From assembly GCF_004010195.1 (NCBI RefSeq), contig NC_057720.1, positions 11,145,814 to 11,165,813 of the forward strand: DNA of 20,000 nt. The letters run 5' to 3'. Within the stretch, counting starts at the first letter, position 1, and each line of letters opens with the position of its first letter. The notes under the pieces were generated by a model. It was not told the origin of the DNA. It searched no databases and was given only the letters and a program-made list of their open reading frames with translations. Made by a program: the position numbers and the translations under genes. Below are positions 9,229-19,556 of the stretch, piece after piece. Origin of the DNA: Chiloscyllium plagiosum. Taxonomy: Eukaryota.

Positions 9229-9290
9229 GCTGAGCTGCCAGTGCATTACTGAGGGAGTGCTGCACCAGCAGATGTGCTGTCTTTCAAATT
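9229..9290 (+). mobile_element. DeuSINE-like (SacSINE1-type) short relic
   Basis: CAGTGCATTACTGAGGGAGTGCTGCACCAGCAGATGTGCTGTCTTTC resembles the start of the Deu domain. Confidence 0.5.
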
Positions 9291-9291
9291 A

Positions 9292-10654
9292 TTCTTTTTT
9301 ATTCACTCATGAGATGTGGGTGTCACTAGCTGGTCAGCATTTTTGCCATCCCTAATTGCCTCTTGAGGAGGTGGGAATGAGCTGCCTTCTTGAACCACTG
9401 CAGCCCACATACTGTAGGTTGACCTGCAAAGCCATTAGGAAGGGAATTTCAGGATTTTGATCCAGGGACAATAAAGTAACGCAGATATATTCACAAGTCA
9501 GGATGGTGAGCGGCTTGGAAGTGATGGTGTTCGCATGTTTCTGCTGCCCTTGTCCCTCTAGATGGAAGTGGTTGTGCATTTGGAATGTGCTCTCTAAGGA
9601 GTCTTGATTAATTTCTGCAGTGCATCTTATAGATAGTACACACTGCTGCCACTTAGTGTCGGTAATGGAGTTAATGCTTGTTAATGTGGTGCCAATCAAG
9701 CTTTGACCTGCTTGGTGCCAAGTTTCTTGAGTGTCGTGGGAGCTACACCTGTCGGGGCAAGTGAGGACTATTCCATCACACTTCTGACTTAGGCCTTGTA
9801 GATGGTGCACAGGTTTTAGGGAGTCGGGAGGTGAGTTTCTTGCCACAGAATTCTTAGCCTCTGACCTGCTCTTGCAGCCACTGTGTTTATATGGTGAGCC
9901 TACTTGAGTTTCTAATCAATGGTAACCCCCCAGGATGTTGATATTGGGAGAATTCAGTGATGGCATCACTATTGAATGTCAACGGATGGTGCTTAGATTG
10001 TCTCCTATTGACGATGGTCATTGCCTGATATTTGTGTGGCGCAAATGTTACTTGCCACTCATCAGGGGAAAGTGAGGACTGCAGATGCTGGAGATCAGAG
10101 TCAAGAGTGGGTTGCTGGAAAAGCACAGCAGGTCAGGTAACATCTGAGGTGCAGGAGAATCGACATTTTGGGCATAAGCCCTTCATCAGGAATGAGGCTT
10201 GTGGGCCGGGAGGGGGCGGGGCTGAGAAATAAATGGGAGGGGGTAGGGCTGGGGGGAAGTTAGCTGAGAATGTGATAGATTGATGAAGATGGGGGAGAAG
10301 GTGATAGGTCGGAGATAAGGATGGACAGGATAGGTGGGAAAGGCTATGGACAGGTCAAGAGGGCAGTGCCAAGTTTGAGGCTTGGGACTGAAATAATGTG
10401 AAAGGAGGGGAAATGAGTAAACTGGTGAAATCCACATTGATCCCGTGTGGTTGCAGGGTCCCAAGGTGGAAAATGAGGTGTTCTTCCTCCAGGCATTGGG
10501 TGGTTAGGGTTTGACGATGGAGGAGGCCCAGGACCTGCATGTCCTTGGTGGAATGGGAGGGGGAGTTGAAGTGTTCAGCCACAGGGTGGCAGGGTGGGTT
10601 GATGTGTGTGCCATTTATCAGCCAAGGGCCAGATATTGTCCAGATTTTGTTGCA
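9292..10654 (-). mobile_element. CR1/L2-group LINE (second lineage), 3' part, interrupted by a PLE at 10066-10608
   Basis: Frameshifted minus-strand ORF2 pieces (WQVTFAPHKYQAMTI, HHPLTFN, TIYKA.VRSVME) and a 3' tail ending CCCACATCTCATGAGTGAATAAAAAAGAA. The sequence resumes after the PLE at 10609-10654. Confidence 0.85.
10066..10608 (-). mobile_element. Penelope-like element 3' fragment (same family as 2316-2966)
   Basis: ORF 10355-10582 (AEHFNSPSHS.KDMQVLGLL...LEEEHLIF.LGTLQPHGINVDF) is a GIY-YIG C-terminus. The pLTR has CTGATGAAGGGCTTATGCCCAAAATGTC. Flanks are TGCCACTCATCAG (10053-10065) and TGCCATTTATCAG (10609-10621). Confidence 0.9.
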
Positions 10655-11046
10655 TATCTTTTTGATAACTTTGGGCTGAAATTGTAAAAGGCAGAAAGAA
10701 AATTCTTATTTCTCAACGTTGCTGTTTATATCCTCTGGAAATCTGAATTAAATGATATTTTCCTAAAGCAGGTTAATGACTGATAGTAACTAAAGCTATT
10801 CTTTACCTTGTCTCACATTTACTTACATCATTAAGCATCACAAGCATATACAAACTAAGTAAACCCCATCACTTTCAGCTCTGTAAATGCTCCAATTAAA
10901 CACCAATTAATGCCCACTGCCTGCATACAATTAAACACAATTAAGAAAACATTAATCTGAGATGTTAAACCAATATCTATGTTTTCAGGTGGAGTAAATT
11001 TTCCAGTGATACAATTTCATTGACGAGGAGGATATTTCTCACCGTT

Positions 11047-13270
11047 ACAAAGAACAAAGAAAATTTACAGCCCAGGAACAGGCCCTTTGTCCCTCCAAGC
11101 CTGAGCTGATCCAAATATACTGTCTAAACCTGTCGGTCAATTCCTAAGCATCTGTATCCCTCTGCTCCCCACCTACTCATGCATTTATCCAGACACATCT
11201 TAAATGAATCTACCGTGCCTGCCTCTTCCACCTCTGCTGGCAACATGTTCCAAATGCCCATCGCACTCTGTGTGAAGTGCTTGCCGCGTGTATCCCCCTT
11301 AAACTTTCCACCTCTCACCTTGAAAGCGTGACCTCTCATTATTGAATCCTTCACCCTGAGAAAAAGCTTGTCTCTATCCACCCTGTCTATACCCTTCATG
11401 ATTTTGTAAACCTCAATCAGGTCCCCCCTCAATCTCCTTTTTTCTAATGAAAATAAACCTAACCTACTCAATCTCTCTTCATAGCTAGCACCTTCCATAC
11501 CAGGCAACATCCCCGTAAACCTTCTCTGCACCATCTCCAAAGTGTCCACATCCTTTTGGTAATCTGGCGACCAGAACTGTACACAATATTCTAAATTCGA
11601 CCGAACCAATGTCTTGTACAATGTTAACATGACTTGCCAGCTCTTATACTCAATACCCCGTCTAATGAAGGCAAGCATACCATATGCCTTCTTGACCACT
11701 CTCTCCACCTGTGCAGCAACCTTCAGGGTACAATGGACCTGCACTCCCAGATCTCTCTGTCCATCAACTTTTCCCAAGGCTCTTCCGTTCATTGTATAAT
11801 TCGCTCTAGAATTAGTCTTGCCTAAATGCATCACCTCACATTTGTCTGGATTGAAAGCCATCTGCCACTTTTCCACCCAACTCTCCAGTCTATCTATATC
11901 CTCCTGTATTCTCTGACAGTCTCTTATGCTTTCTGCTACTCCACCAATCTTCGTGTCATCTGCAAACTTGTTGATCATACCAACAATTCACTCTTCCAGA
12001 TCATTTAGGTATATCACAAACAACAGTGGCCCCAGCACTGACCCCTGTGGAACACCACTGGTCACCTTTCTCTATTTCGAGAAACTCCCTTCAACTACTA
12101 CTCTCTGTCTCCTGTTGCTCAACCAGTTCTTTATCCACCTAGCTAGGACACCCTGCACACCGTATGGCTTCACTTTCTCCATTAATCTACCATGGGGAAC
12201 CTTATCAAATGCCTTACTAAAGTCCATGTATATGACATCAACAGCCCTTCCTTCATCTATCAACTTGGTCACTTCCTCGAAGAACTCTATTAAGTTAGTA
12301 AGGCATGATCTCCCCCGCACAAAACCATGTTGCCTATCACTGATAAGCCCATTCTTTTCTAAATATAACTAGATCCTATCCCTCAGTACCTTCTCCAGCA
12401 ACTTTCCCACCACCGATGTCAGGGTCACTGGTCTGTAGTTACCCGGAATATCCCTACTATCCTTCTTGTACAGAGGGACAACATGAGCAACTCTCCAGTC
12501 CTCCGGCACTTCACCTGTATTTAAGGATGCCACAAAGATATCTGTCAGGACCCCAGCTATTTCCTCTCTCACCTCCCTCAGCAACCTGGGATCGATCTTA
12601 TCCTGTCCTGGGGATTTGTCCACCTTAATAACCTCTTTGTCCACCTTAATAGCCTACCCAACACATCTTCCCTTCTTATGTCAACGTGATCCAGACTAAT
12701 CAAACATCTATCTCTAATCTCAACATTCATCATGTCCCTCTCCTCAGTGAACACTGATGTAAAGTAATCATTCAGAATCTCACCCATTCTCTCAGGTTCA
12801 ACACACAGCCTTTCTTCGTTAGCCTTTAGTGGACAATCCTTTCTCTAGTTACCCACTTGCTTCTTATATAAGAATAAAAAGCTTTGGGATTCTCCTTAAT
12901 TCTGCTCGCTAAAGCTATTTCATGACCCCTTTTAGCCCGCTTGATTCCTCGTTTAAGACTTGTCCTACTCTTCCGATATTCTTCCAGGGCCCGTTCTGTT
13001 CTTAGCTGTTTGGATCTTATATACGCTTCCCTTTTCCTCTTGGCTAGTTGTACAATTTCTCCTGTCATCCACGGTTCACGAATTTTGCCCTTCCTATCCT
13101 TTGCCTTCAATGGGACATGCCTATCCTGCACTATCTTTAACCTATCTTTGAAAACCTCCCACATCTCAAATGTGGACTTCCCTTCAAATAGCTGTGTCCA
13201 ATCCACATTTCCCAGCTCCTGCCTAATTTTGATATAATTGGCCTTGGCCCAGTTTTGTACTCTTCCCTTA
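11047..13270 (-). mobile_element. Young 5'-truncated CR1 (HER1-like) LINE with a disrupted ORF2 reverse transcriptase
   Basis: Collinear ORFs 12826-13206, 12578-12787, 12369-12644, 12072-12320 and 11124-11978 carry KSPG.D, GNYRPV.LTSVVGK, GRSCLTNL, YMDFSKAFDKVPH, SGVPQGSVLGP, KFADDTK, WQM.FN.DKC and RRLRGDLIEVYKI. In-frame stops and frameshifts separate them, and it ends in a (TTCTTTGT)n tail. Confidence 0.97.
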
Positions 13271-13724
13271 CTGTCTCCTTCAGCAACTCTAACCTATGGT
13301 GTGACCAGTTCACTGAATAGCTATCCACAACTTTCTCAGCATCGCAGATGCTCCACAGATACATTGATTAATATTTAGGTGACATTGGGTACATAAGCTG
13401 TGTGACCTAATGATTGTCAGATTGAATCAATCAGCAACTGTTTGCAAAGCTCAAAACATCAAGGTTAGTTGTGATTCCACAATTGGGCTTCACTTGTTGA
13501 ACAATTCTGAGCATGCTAAGAATTACAACTATCAACCAACTCAAGAATATCGGTCAGAATTGCAAGCGAGCTCAATTATGCTAGCTAGAAGCTACACATC
13601 TAGAAATGTGACTTAGATAAAGATGATGATAAACATATTCATGTGTTTCTTACAGGCAAAAAGGAACATGTCCAAGCATTGTGCCTTTTGTTTAGTACAG
13701 CAGAAACATGAGGAGTATTAGCTC

Positions 13725-13895
13725 CCTGTTGCATTCTCTATGACTGCACCTGAACCAGTCAAAGTGCATCTATGAAGCAATCAGCACATTTTACTGATAC
13801 AGTGCAAGTTGCTGTTCCCTTTGAATTTTGGCTTTCTTGCGACTGTCGTGATGAGTGCAAGATGGAAAGTTGCCCGACTCTTTCTCAGCAATACA
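13725..13895 (+). repeat. Second copy of the 3814-3996 repeat family
   Basis: GTTGCTGTTCCCTTTGAATTTTGGCTTTCTTGCGACTGTCGTGATGAGTGC matches 3944-3996. The upstream CAATCAGCAC..ATACAGTGCAA matches the reverse complement of 3865-3900. Confidence 0.7.
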
Positions 13896-13927
13896 CGAGT
13901 TCTATATAAACATGCAACAGTTAATAT

Positions 13928-14132
13928 TTATTTCTAAACCAACATCACTAAAATGAAACATCAAGTCAGATTCTCATTAATGTCTGTGGGGGTTTGCTGT
14001 CTGATAATTGACTGCTGCCTATTGAACATTGCAACAGAGAGTACACATCAAAAAATTTCATTGGCATTGAAGCGTTTTGAGATGTCTTAAGAATTATTAA
14101 TGGCACTGTATAAAGAAATGCATTCTTTCTTC
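13928..14132 (+). mobile_element. DeuSINE-like relic, 3' half with L2-type tail
   Basis: CCAACATCACTAAAA...TGTGGGGGTTTGCTGT...TTCATTGGCATTGAAGCGTTTTGAGATGTC...GGCACTGTATAAAGAAATGCATTCTTTC. Confidence 0.7.
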
Positions 14133-14696
14133 CTAGTTGTTAACAGAATGCAACAACCTTATTATGAACTTTCTCCAGACTGCTTCAAGACCATGTTAAT
14201 GTTTACATGACCCTGGTTAATGTACTTCCCGATCTCTCCTCTTTAATACTGCTCTATAGTGAAGGTCATTACCTTTTACAAGGACCTTTCCTCGAGCAGA
14301 ATTCGGAGCTGACAGAATGAGCAACTACAACATCTGAACTAGTCTGAAACTGTGTCCTATTAACGACAACTGTCAACTTGGCTCAGTTACCAGGAAGATT
14401 GCTTCTAAGTTACTAATATCAACCATTCTCTGAGAAAGTGCCGCAATTTCAGAGATTCTGTTGTTTCTGTAGGTCAGGAATTCATCTAATATCTGGTTAC
14501 TCTTGCATCAAAACCAAAATAGCTTTGGAACAAGGTCAGTCCATGTCTGGGAAGTGAGAGAGTTCATGGCGAGTGCTGGGATGAGTGACGATGGAAAGGC
14601 AACAGTAATAGGCAGTAGGAATGTTTCTCCTAGAAGATTTTAACCTACTGTGTTTCTCCTAGTAGGAATGTATCAAAGAGTAATGGCTCGTGAGAA

Positions 14697-15370
14697 GTTA
14701 TGTGGGTTAATAGGCAGTGGGGTAAGGGGCAGTGGAGTTTAATGTGGGGTTAGGAGCAGTGAGGTGTAATGTGGGGTAAGAGGCAGGGGGGTATAATGTG
14801 GGGTAAGGGGTGGTGGGGTGTAANNNNNNNNNNNNNNNNNNNNNNNNNNNNNNNNNNNNNNNNNNNNNNNNNNNNNNNNNNNNNNNNNNNNNNNNNNNNN
14901 NNNNNNNNNNNNNNNNNNNNNNNNNNNNNNNNNNNNNNNNNNNNNNNNNNNNNNNNNNNNNNNNNNNNNNNNNNNNNNNNNNNNNNNNNNNNNNNNNNNN
15001 NNNNNNNNNNNNNNNNNNNNNNNNNNNNNNNNNNNNNNNNNNNNNNNNNNNNNNNNNNNNNNNNNNNNNNNNNNNNNNNNNNNNNNNNNNNNNNNNNNNN
15101 NNNNNNNNNNNNNNNNNNNNNNNNNNNNNNNNNNNNNNNNNNNNNNNNNNNNNNNNNNNNNNNNNNNNNNNNNNNNNNNNNNNNNNNNNNNNNNNNNNNN
15201 NNNNNNNNNNNNNNNNNNNNNNNNNNNNNNNNNNNNNNNNNNNNNNNNNNNNNNNNNNNNNNNNNCAGTGGGGTGTAATGTGGGGTAAGGAGCAGTGGGG
15301 TGTAATGTGGGGTAAGGGGCAGTGGGGTGTAATGTGGGGTAAGGGGCAGTAATGTGAACTAATGTGGAGT
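14697..15370. repeat. 27-bp G-rich minisatellite spanning an assembly gap
   Basis: The unit CAGTGGGGTGTAATGTGGGGTAAGGRG is repeated on both sides of the gap and produces the 9-aa periodicity (TAPYPTLHP) in the ORF track. Confidence 0.93.
14824..15265. other. Assembly gap (442 N)
   Basis: Run of N. Confidence 0.99.
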
Positions 15371-15526
15371 CTGGCAGGACAATCCTTCTCCACTTGTTTC
15401 TAACCTCAAGTGAATGAATTATAGCAGTTGAATGTACAGTCTGCAGAAAACAGTACCTCAGAATTCGCAATTTTTCCCCCTCCATTTACTTCCACAAATG
15501 TGTCATTGTCAGTTGTAGACATGTGC

Positions 15527-15990
15527 AAAGAAACAAAACTGAAGTTTTTGGAAAAGCTCAGTAGGTCTGGCAGCATCTTTGGATAGATGTCAGATTTAAT
15601 GTTTCGGAACAAGTGACTCTTCCTCAGAACTGATGGTAGTTAGGAAAACGTTGGTTTATATGGAGAAGATAGGGTGGTGGTAGGGGGTGAGGAATAAATG
15701 ATAGATGGGGATAGAGCCCAAAGAGAGGGAAGAGCAGTTGGGCAGACAAAGGAGTGGATAACAATCTGGCTGGGAGGGTGAATAGCTGTTAAGGGAGTCT
15801 GTTAATGGCTGTCAACAGGTAGTGTGCGATGGCAGACGATGTGATAGTAAGGCCCTGTTTGTGTGGCAGGGGTCTGGCAAATTGGGCAATTCAAGCCCGA
15901 AAATTATTGAACTCGACATTGAGTCTGGAGGTTGCAGGGTCGCCAAGCGGAAAATGAGGTGTTGTTTTTCTATCTTACGCTGAGCTTGTT
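15527..15990 (-). mobile_element. Penelope-like element 3' fragment (third family)
   Basis: The minus strand at 15990-15900 reads AQRKIEKQHLIFRLATLQP, a GIY-YIG C-terminus. The pLTR has CTGAGGAAGAGTCACTTGTTCCGAAACATT followed by GATGCTGCCAGACCTACTGAGCTTTTCC. Confidence 0.82.
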
Positions 15991-16195
15991 TCAGTCCTAA
16001 CTCAATGTGGGGGCTGGTACAGTTCCTGAAAGGAGTGAAAGATTCTGTCCAACCTCTTGGAATCTTTGTAGTCTGAATGGTGGCTGCAAATGGATCAATT
16101 CACTGGCCTTGAGCTATATACAATGAGTCCAGTGCTCACTATTGGGCCACTGCAACCATTTGTGGCAACAAAACTTGTTAGATTGAGGCTGCACT

Positions 16196-16285
16196 CAGTT
16201 CAGCCGTGATCTAGTTGTGTGGCGAAGTGGGCTTGAAGGGCCAAATGGCCTACTGCTGGAGCCTATTGTCTTTATTTCTATGTTT
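16196..16285 (+). mobile_element. CR1 3' UTR relic
   Basis: TCAGCCGTGATCT...GGCTTGAAGGGCCAAATGGCCTACTGCTG...TTCTATGTT is the conserved CR1 terminal hairpin and tail. Confidence 0.7.
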
Positions 16286-17093
16286 AGGGACCTCCAGCCC
16301 ACCCACCTCACTAACTCCTGACCATTGTCTAGCAGCTTGGTGCATCCCAGTAGTTGAGACAAGAGATTGGTTACCAGGTGAGGAAGACATTGGGTTTCCC
16401 AGCCAAACTGTTTTTACTGATACATCCCTTAGCTGATTGATCCTCATCTGTTGGACGGCTACCAGGAATGACACTCATGGTTTTATCCTGCACTGCTCCC
16501 CTAGGGCTGTACCATCTCCACCATTTGAATACTGCATCTCAGTCTCTGCTATACCTAGAAGTGAATGTTGACTGACTCTTGGGAATTCTTTTATTTACAC
16601 ATTATTAGATACAACATATCGACCTCAGTAAGACAGCTCTTTTGTAAAGGCTACTCCATGCTTTCTTCTCAGAGTCTCAGTAACATGTGACTGCCAATTT
16701 ATTCACTATCACGTCATTAACCTCCGTGTTCTCATCTTACCACATCTTCGGACAGTCAGTCAATAAGGTTGGCACACAACTCCAAAGAGAGGCTGGGAAA
16801 AGAAACCAAAAACTAGGGCCCGAATGATGCACAGATCAAGGCTGAAACTACACCTATAAAGTTCTACCAGCACAGAGAAAATCAAAAGAATTATTGGGAC
16901 TGGTACCAAGCTTCCAGTGGTTTGAATTTTGCATTCACAACCACAGCTAACTTTACCCAGCCAGACTGTGTAATAATTGTGAAGGATTAGAGAAGGAGAT
17001 AGTTTGTCCCTCTCGGGTCCCATCTGAAGGCAATGCCCTTTACAAACTGGATGTGTTTGTACGTGTGTCAGGCTCCGGATCTATCATCAGCAC

Positions 17094-17103
17094 TGATTGA
17101 CAG
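17094..17103 (+). promoter_or_regulatory. PBX-MEIS/PREP decamer motif (candidate)
   Basis: Exact TGATTGACAG in repeat-free sequence. Function is not shown. Confidence 0.3.
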
Positions 17104-17410
17104 TGAAAAGCAGCCGCATTCCCCCATCCTCACTCAGTGAATTGCTGATGGCTCCATGCCTGAGCACTGTCTGCTCATCTGTGAAGGCACAGGAGGATTT
17201 CTTCCTGCTCACACTTCAAGCTGTGCGCAGATTACTGATGTGGACACGTAGAAACCACTGAAGCCCGCAACGCAAGACCAATGAGATTTCTCATTGGGGC
17301 CACAGGAGGTCAGAAAGGAATCAGATTAATCAGCGCCAGAATTGCCACATTAGGCTTTCCCAGTGTAACGACAAGTGTTAGAAAATTGAGAAGCCATTGG
17401 TTAAGGTGTA

Positions 17411-17667
17411 GAAAAGGAAAAGGCTGGCATTTACATAGCACCATCCTCAACTTCAACGCAACATAAAGTTCTTTACAGCCAATGCAGCCCTCTCTGAAGC
17501 GTACTGCCTGTTATGGTATAGGAAGCATGATAGACAGTGTTGCACACAGCAAGCAGCACTGAGATGATGACCAGCCAACCCTGATGAAGACACCAGTTTG
17601 GCTTGGACACTAGAGAAAATCATGCTGTTCTTTCAAAAACAAACAGTGCTGAAAGAACTTTCATACT
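17411..17667 (-). mobile_element. DeuSINE-like relic
   Basis: GCATTTACATAGCACC..CTTTACAGCCAATG..TTGCACACAGCAAGC is the reverse-complement counterpart of 13928-14132. Confidence 0.65.
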
Positions 17668-17927
17668 TGGAGTTTGCACGTTCTCCACATGTGGGTTTTC
17701 TCTGGGTGATCTGGTTTTCTCCATAGTCGAAAGATGTGCAGGTTAGGCCATGCTAAATTGTCCTGTAGTGTCCAGGGATGTATAGGCTAGGTGGGTTAGC
17801 CATGGGAAATGCAGGGTTACAGGGTCAGAGCGAAGGGATGACCCTGGGTGGAATGCACTTCAGAGGATCGGTGTGGATTCGATGGGCTGAAAGGTCTCTA
17901 TGTGCACTGTAGAGAATCTATGGTTCT
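17668..17927 (+). mobile_element. HE1/V-SINE, 5'-truncated
   Basis: It starts in the V-domain (TGGAGTTTGCACGTTCTCC) and ends with GATGGGCTGAAAGGTCTCTATGTGCACTGTAGAGAATCTATGGTTCT. Confidence 0.85.
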
Positions 17928-18194
17928 GTGATAGCCAAATAAAAGTGCAGTTGTGTCCATAGTTTACTGTCTTATCCGATTGATTCAGATTGTTGGTAGG
18001 TGACAGAAGAATGTTGGCTACTTTTGCATTGTGTTCGTCCGGTAATATTATTGTTAGGGATGGCATTTGATGTCCACTTGTGTGTGAGAGCATTGAAATT
18101 CATGTGGCACTGCTTCCAAGGCTCTAGAGATTTGACTCCTAGCATTGATCACCATTTCTAATTTCTTCACTATTGTTTGTGTCAGAAAGGCATC

Positions 18195-19025
18195 TTTTTT
18201 TGGAGATGGCCATTAACTGATAGCTGTGGGGCATGATTGTCCTTACCGTGTATCAATCCATTGTGAGTGTTGACCAGCTCTTGTTGCATACAGCCATGGA
18301 CTGACTCGGAGTCTGAGCAGCTTTGAATAAACATTTTACAAGCAACAACAAACATCCTCACTTCTGACATCAAGTTGGAGAGATTTATTGAATCAGCTGA
18401 AGGTGGTTTGGCCTAAGGGACTACCCTGAGGAAATCCTACAATTATGTCCTAGGGCTGAGATGATTGTGTTCCAAGACCACAGCCTTTCTTTGTGTGAGG
18501 TTATGATTCCAGCTAGCGGAGATTTTACCCCCCTCAATTGTCGGGCTCATTTCTGTCACACTCAGCCAAATGCTGCCTAGATATTCAGGGCAGAGAGCAA
18601 AAACCTGCGGATGCTGGAATCCAAAGTAGACAGGCAGGAGGCTGGACGAACACAGCAAGCCAGGCAGCACCAGGAGGTGGAGACGTTGGCATTTCAGGTG
18701 TAACGCTTCTTTACCCGAAACTTCCACTTCTCTATCTCCTGGTGCTGCCTGGCTTGCTGTGTCCTTCCAGCCTCCTGCCTGTCTATTTTGATATCAAGAG
18801 CAGTTATTCTATTTCCTTCTTGAATTAAACTATTTGCCTTTGTTTTGGCCAAGGTTGTCAGGAGGTTTGAATCAAATCAAGTCCAAACTGCATTAGTGAG
18901 CAGGTTGTTACTGAGTACTGTGCTGTTTGCCACTTGAAAGTACTGTTGACAATACTTTCCATCACATTGCTGATGGCTGAGACTCTATTAGATGATAATT
19001 GGCTCGAGTGGATTTGTCATTCTTT
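18195..19025 (-). mobile_element. Old CR1/L2-group LINE (second lineage) RT-domain relic, interrupted at 18594-18789
   Basis: The minus strand has LTQRKAVV, GFPQGSPLG and SEVRMFVVACKMF, a decayed GVPQGSVLG...MFADDC. 18203-18270 is homologous to 10012-10065 and 10609-10654. Confidence 0.7.
18594..18789 (-). mobile_element. Fold-back PLE pLTR mini-element (fourth family)
   Basis: CAAAGTAGACAGGCAGGAGGCTGGACGAACACAGCAAGCCAGGCAGCACCAGGAG is inverted against CTCCTGGTGCTGCCTGGCTTGCTGTGTCCTTCCAGCCTCCTGCCTGTCTATTTTG. Flanks are GATATTCAGGGCAG (18580-18593) and GATATCAAGAGCAG (18790-18803). Confidence 0.82.
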
Positions 19026-19029
19026 ACGA

Positions 19030-19150
19030 TTTTTAAATTCATTCACGTTATGGGAGTATCGCTGGCTAGACCAGCATTTATTGACCAGGTAAGGTTGACA
19101 GTTTCCTTCCCTAAAGGGCATTAATGAATCAGATGGGCTTTCCCAACAAT
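19030..19150 (-). mobile_element. Internally deleted SINE of the 6522-6802 family
   Basis: ATTCATTCAC..CAGCATTTATTG..ACCAGGTAAGG..CAGTTTCCTTCCCTAAAGGGCATTAATGAA matches 6522-6690. Confidence 0.72.
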
Positions 19151-19435
19151 CATGGAATTCCTACAGAGTGGGAAGAGGCCATTCGGCTCAATGAGGTGTA
19201 GCACGTTGGCTCCGTGGTTTGCACTGCTGCCTCACAGCGCCAGCGCCCCAGGTTTGATTCCAGCCTCAGACGACTGTCTACGTGAAGTTTGCACATTCTC
19301 CCCGTGTCTGCGTGGGCTTCCTCCCACAGTTCTGAGATGTGCAGGTGAGGTGAATTGGCCATGCTAAATTGCCCATTGTGTTCAGGGAAGTGTAGGTTAG
19401 GTGCATTAGTCAGGGGTAAATCTAGAGTATAGGGA
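19151..19435 (+). mobile_element. HE1/V-SINE head and body (19194-19435, +) preceded by an inverted 3' tail (19151-19192, -)
   Basis: A-box TGGCTCCGTGG, B-box GGTTTGATTCC and the V-domain are on +. CATGGAATTCCTACAGAGTGGGAAGAGGCCATTCGGCTCAAT is the reverse complement of an HE1/CR1 tail. Confidence 0.85.
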
Positions 19436-19556
19436 TTTTATTATTGAGTTTTTACCAACCCTCCAAAAAGCATCCCACACTATCCCTGTAGACTGCACAA
19501 CCCAGGACACTGTTAACATGGCTGCTCCACCATCTTTGGGTCATCATCTTCCCATC

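Noticed and set aside
11124..11978. 284-aa ORF as a host or domesticated RT gene
   Set aside because: It is the C-terminal third of CR1 ORF2. Upstream RT motifs are cut off by stops and frameshifts, and the element is 5'-truncated with no endonuclease domain.
11037..13276. TSD for the young CR1 (CTCACCGT vs CTTACTGT)
   Set aside because: Only 6 of 8 positions match and the 5' boundary is uncertain, so it cannot be told from chance.
14578..14599. GATGAGTGACGATGGAAAG, resembling the hammerhead-like motif at about 13850-13869
   Set aside because: It lacks the CT of CTGA and has no flanking family homology, so it is probably chance.
14697..15370. CRISPR-like array
   Set aside because: The units are head-to-tail with no unique spacers, the context is vertebrate, and there are no cas genes.
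14707..15485. Long ORFs with Pro/His/Thr repeats
   Set aside because: They are artefacts of translating a 27-bp minisatellite through an N gap.
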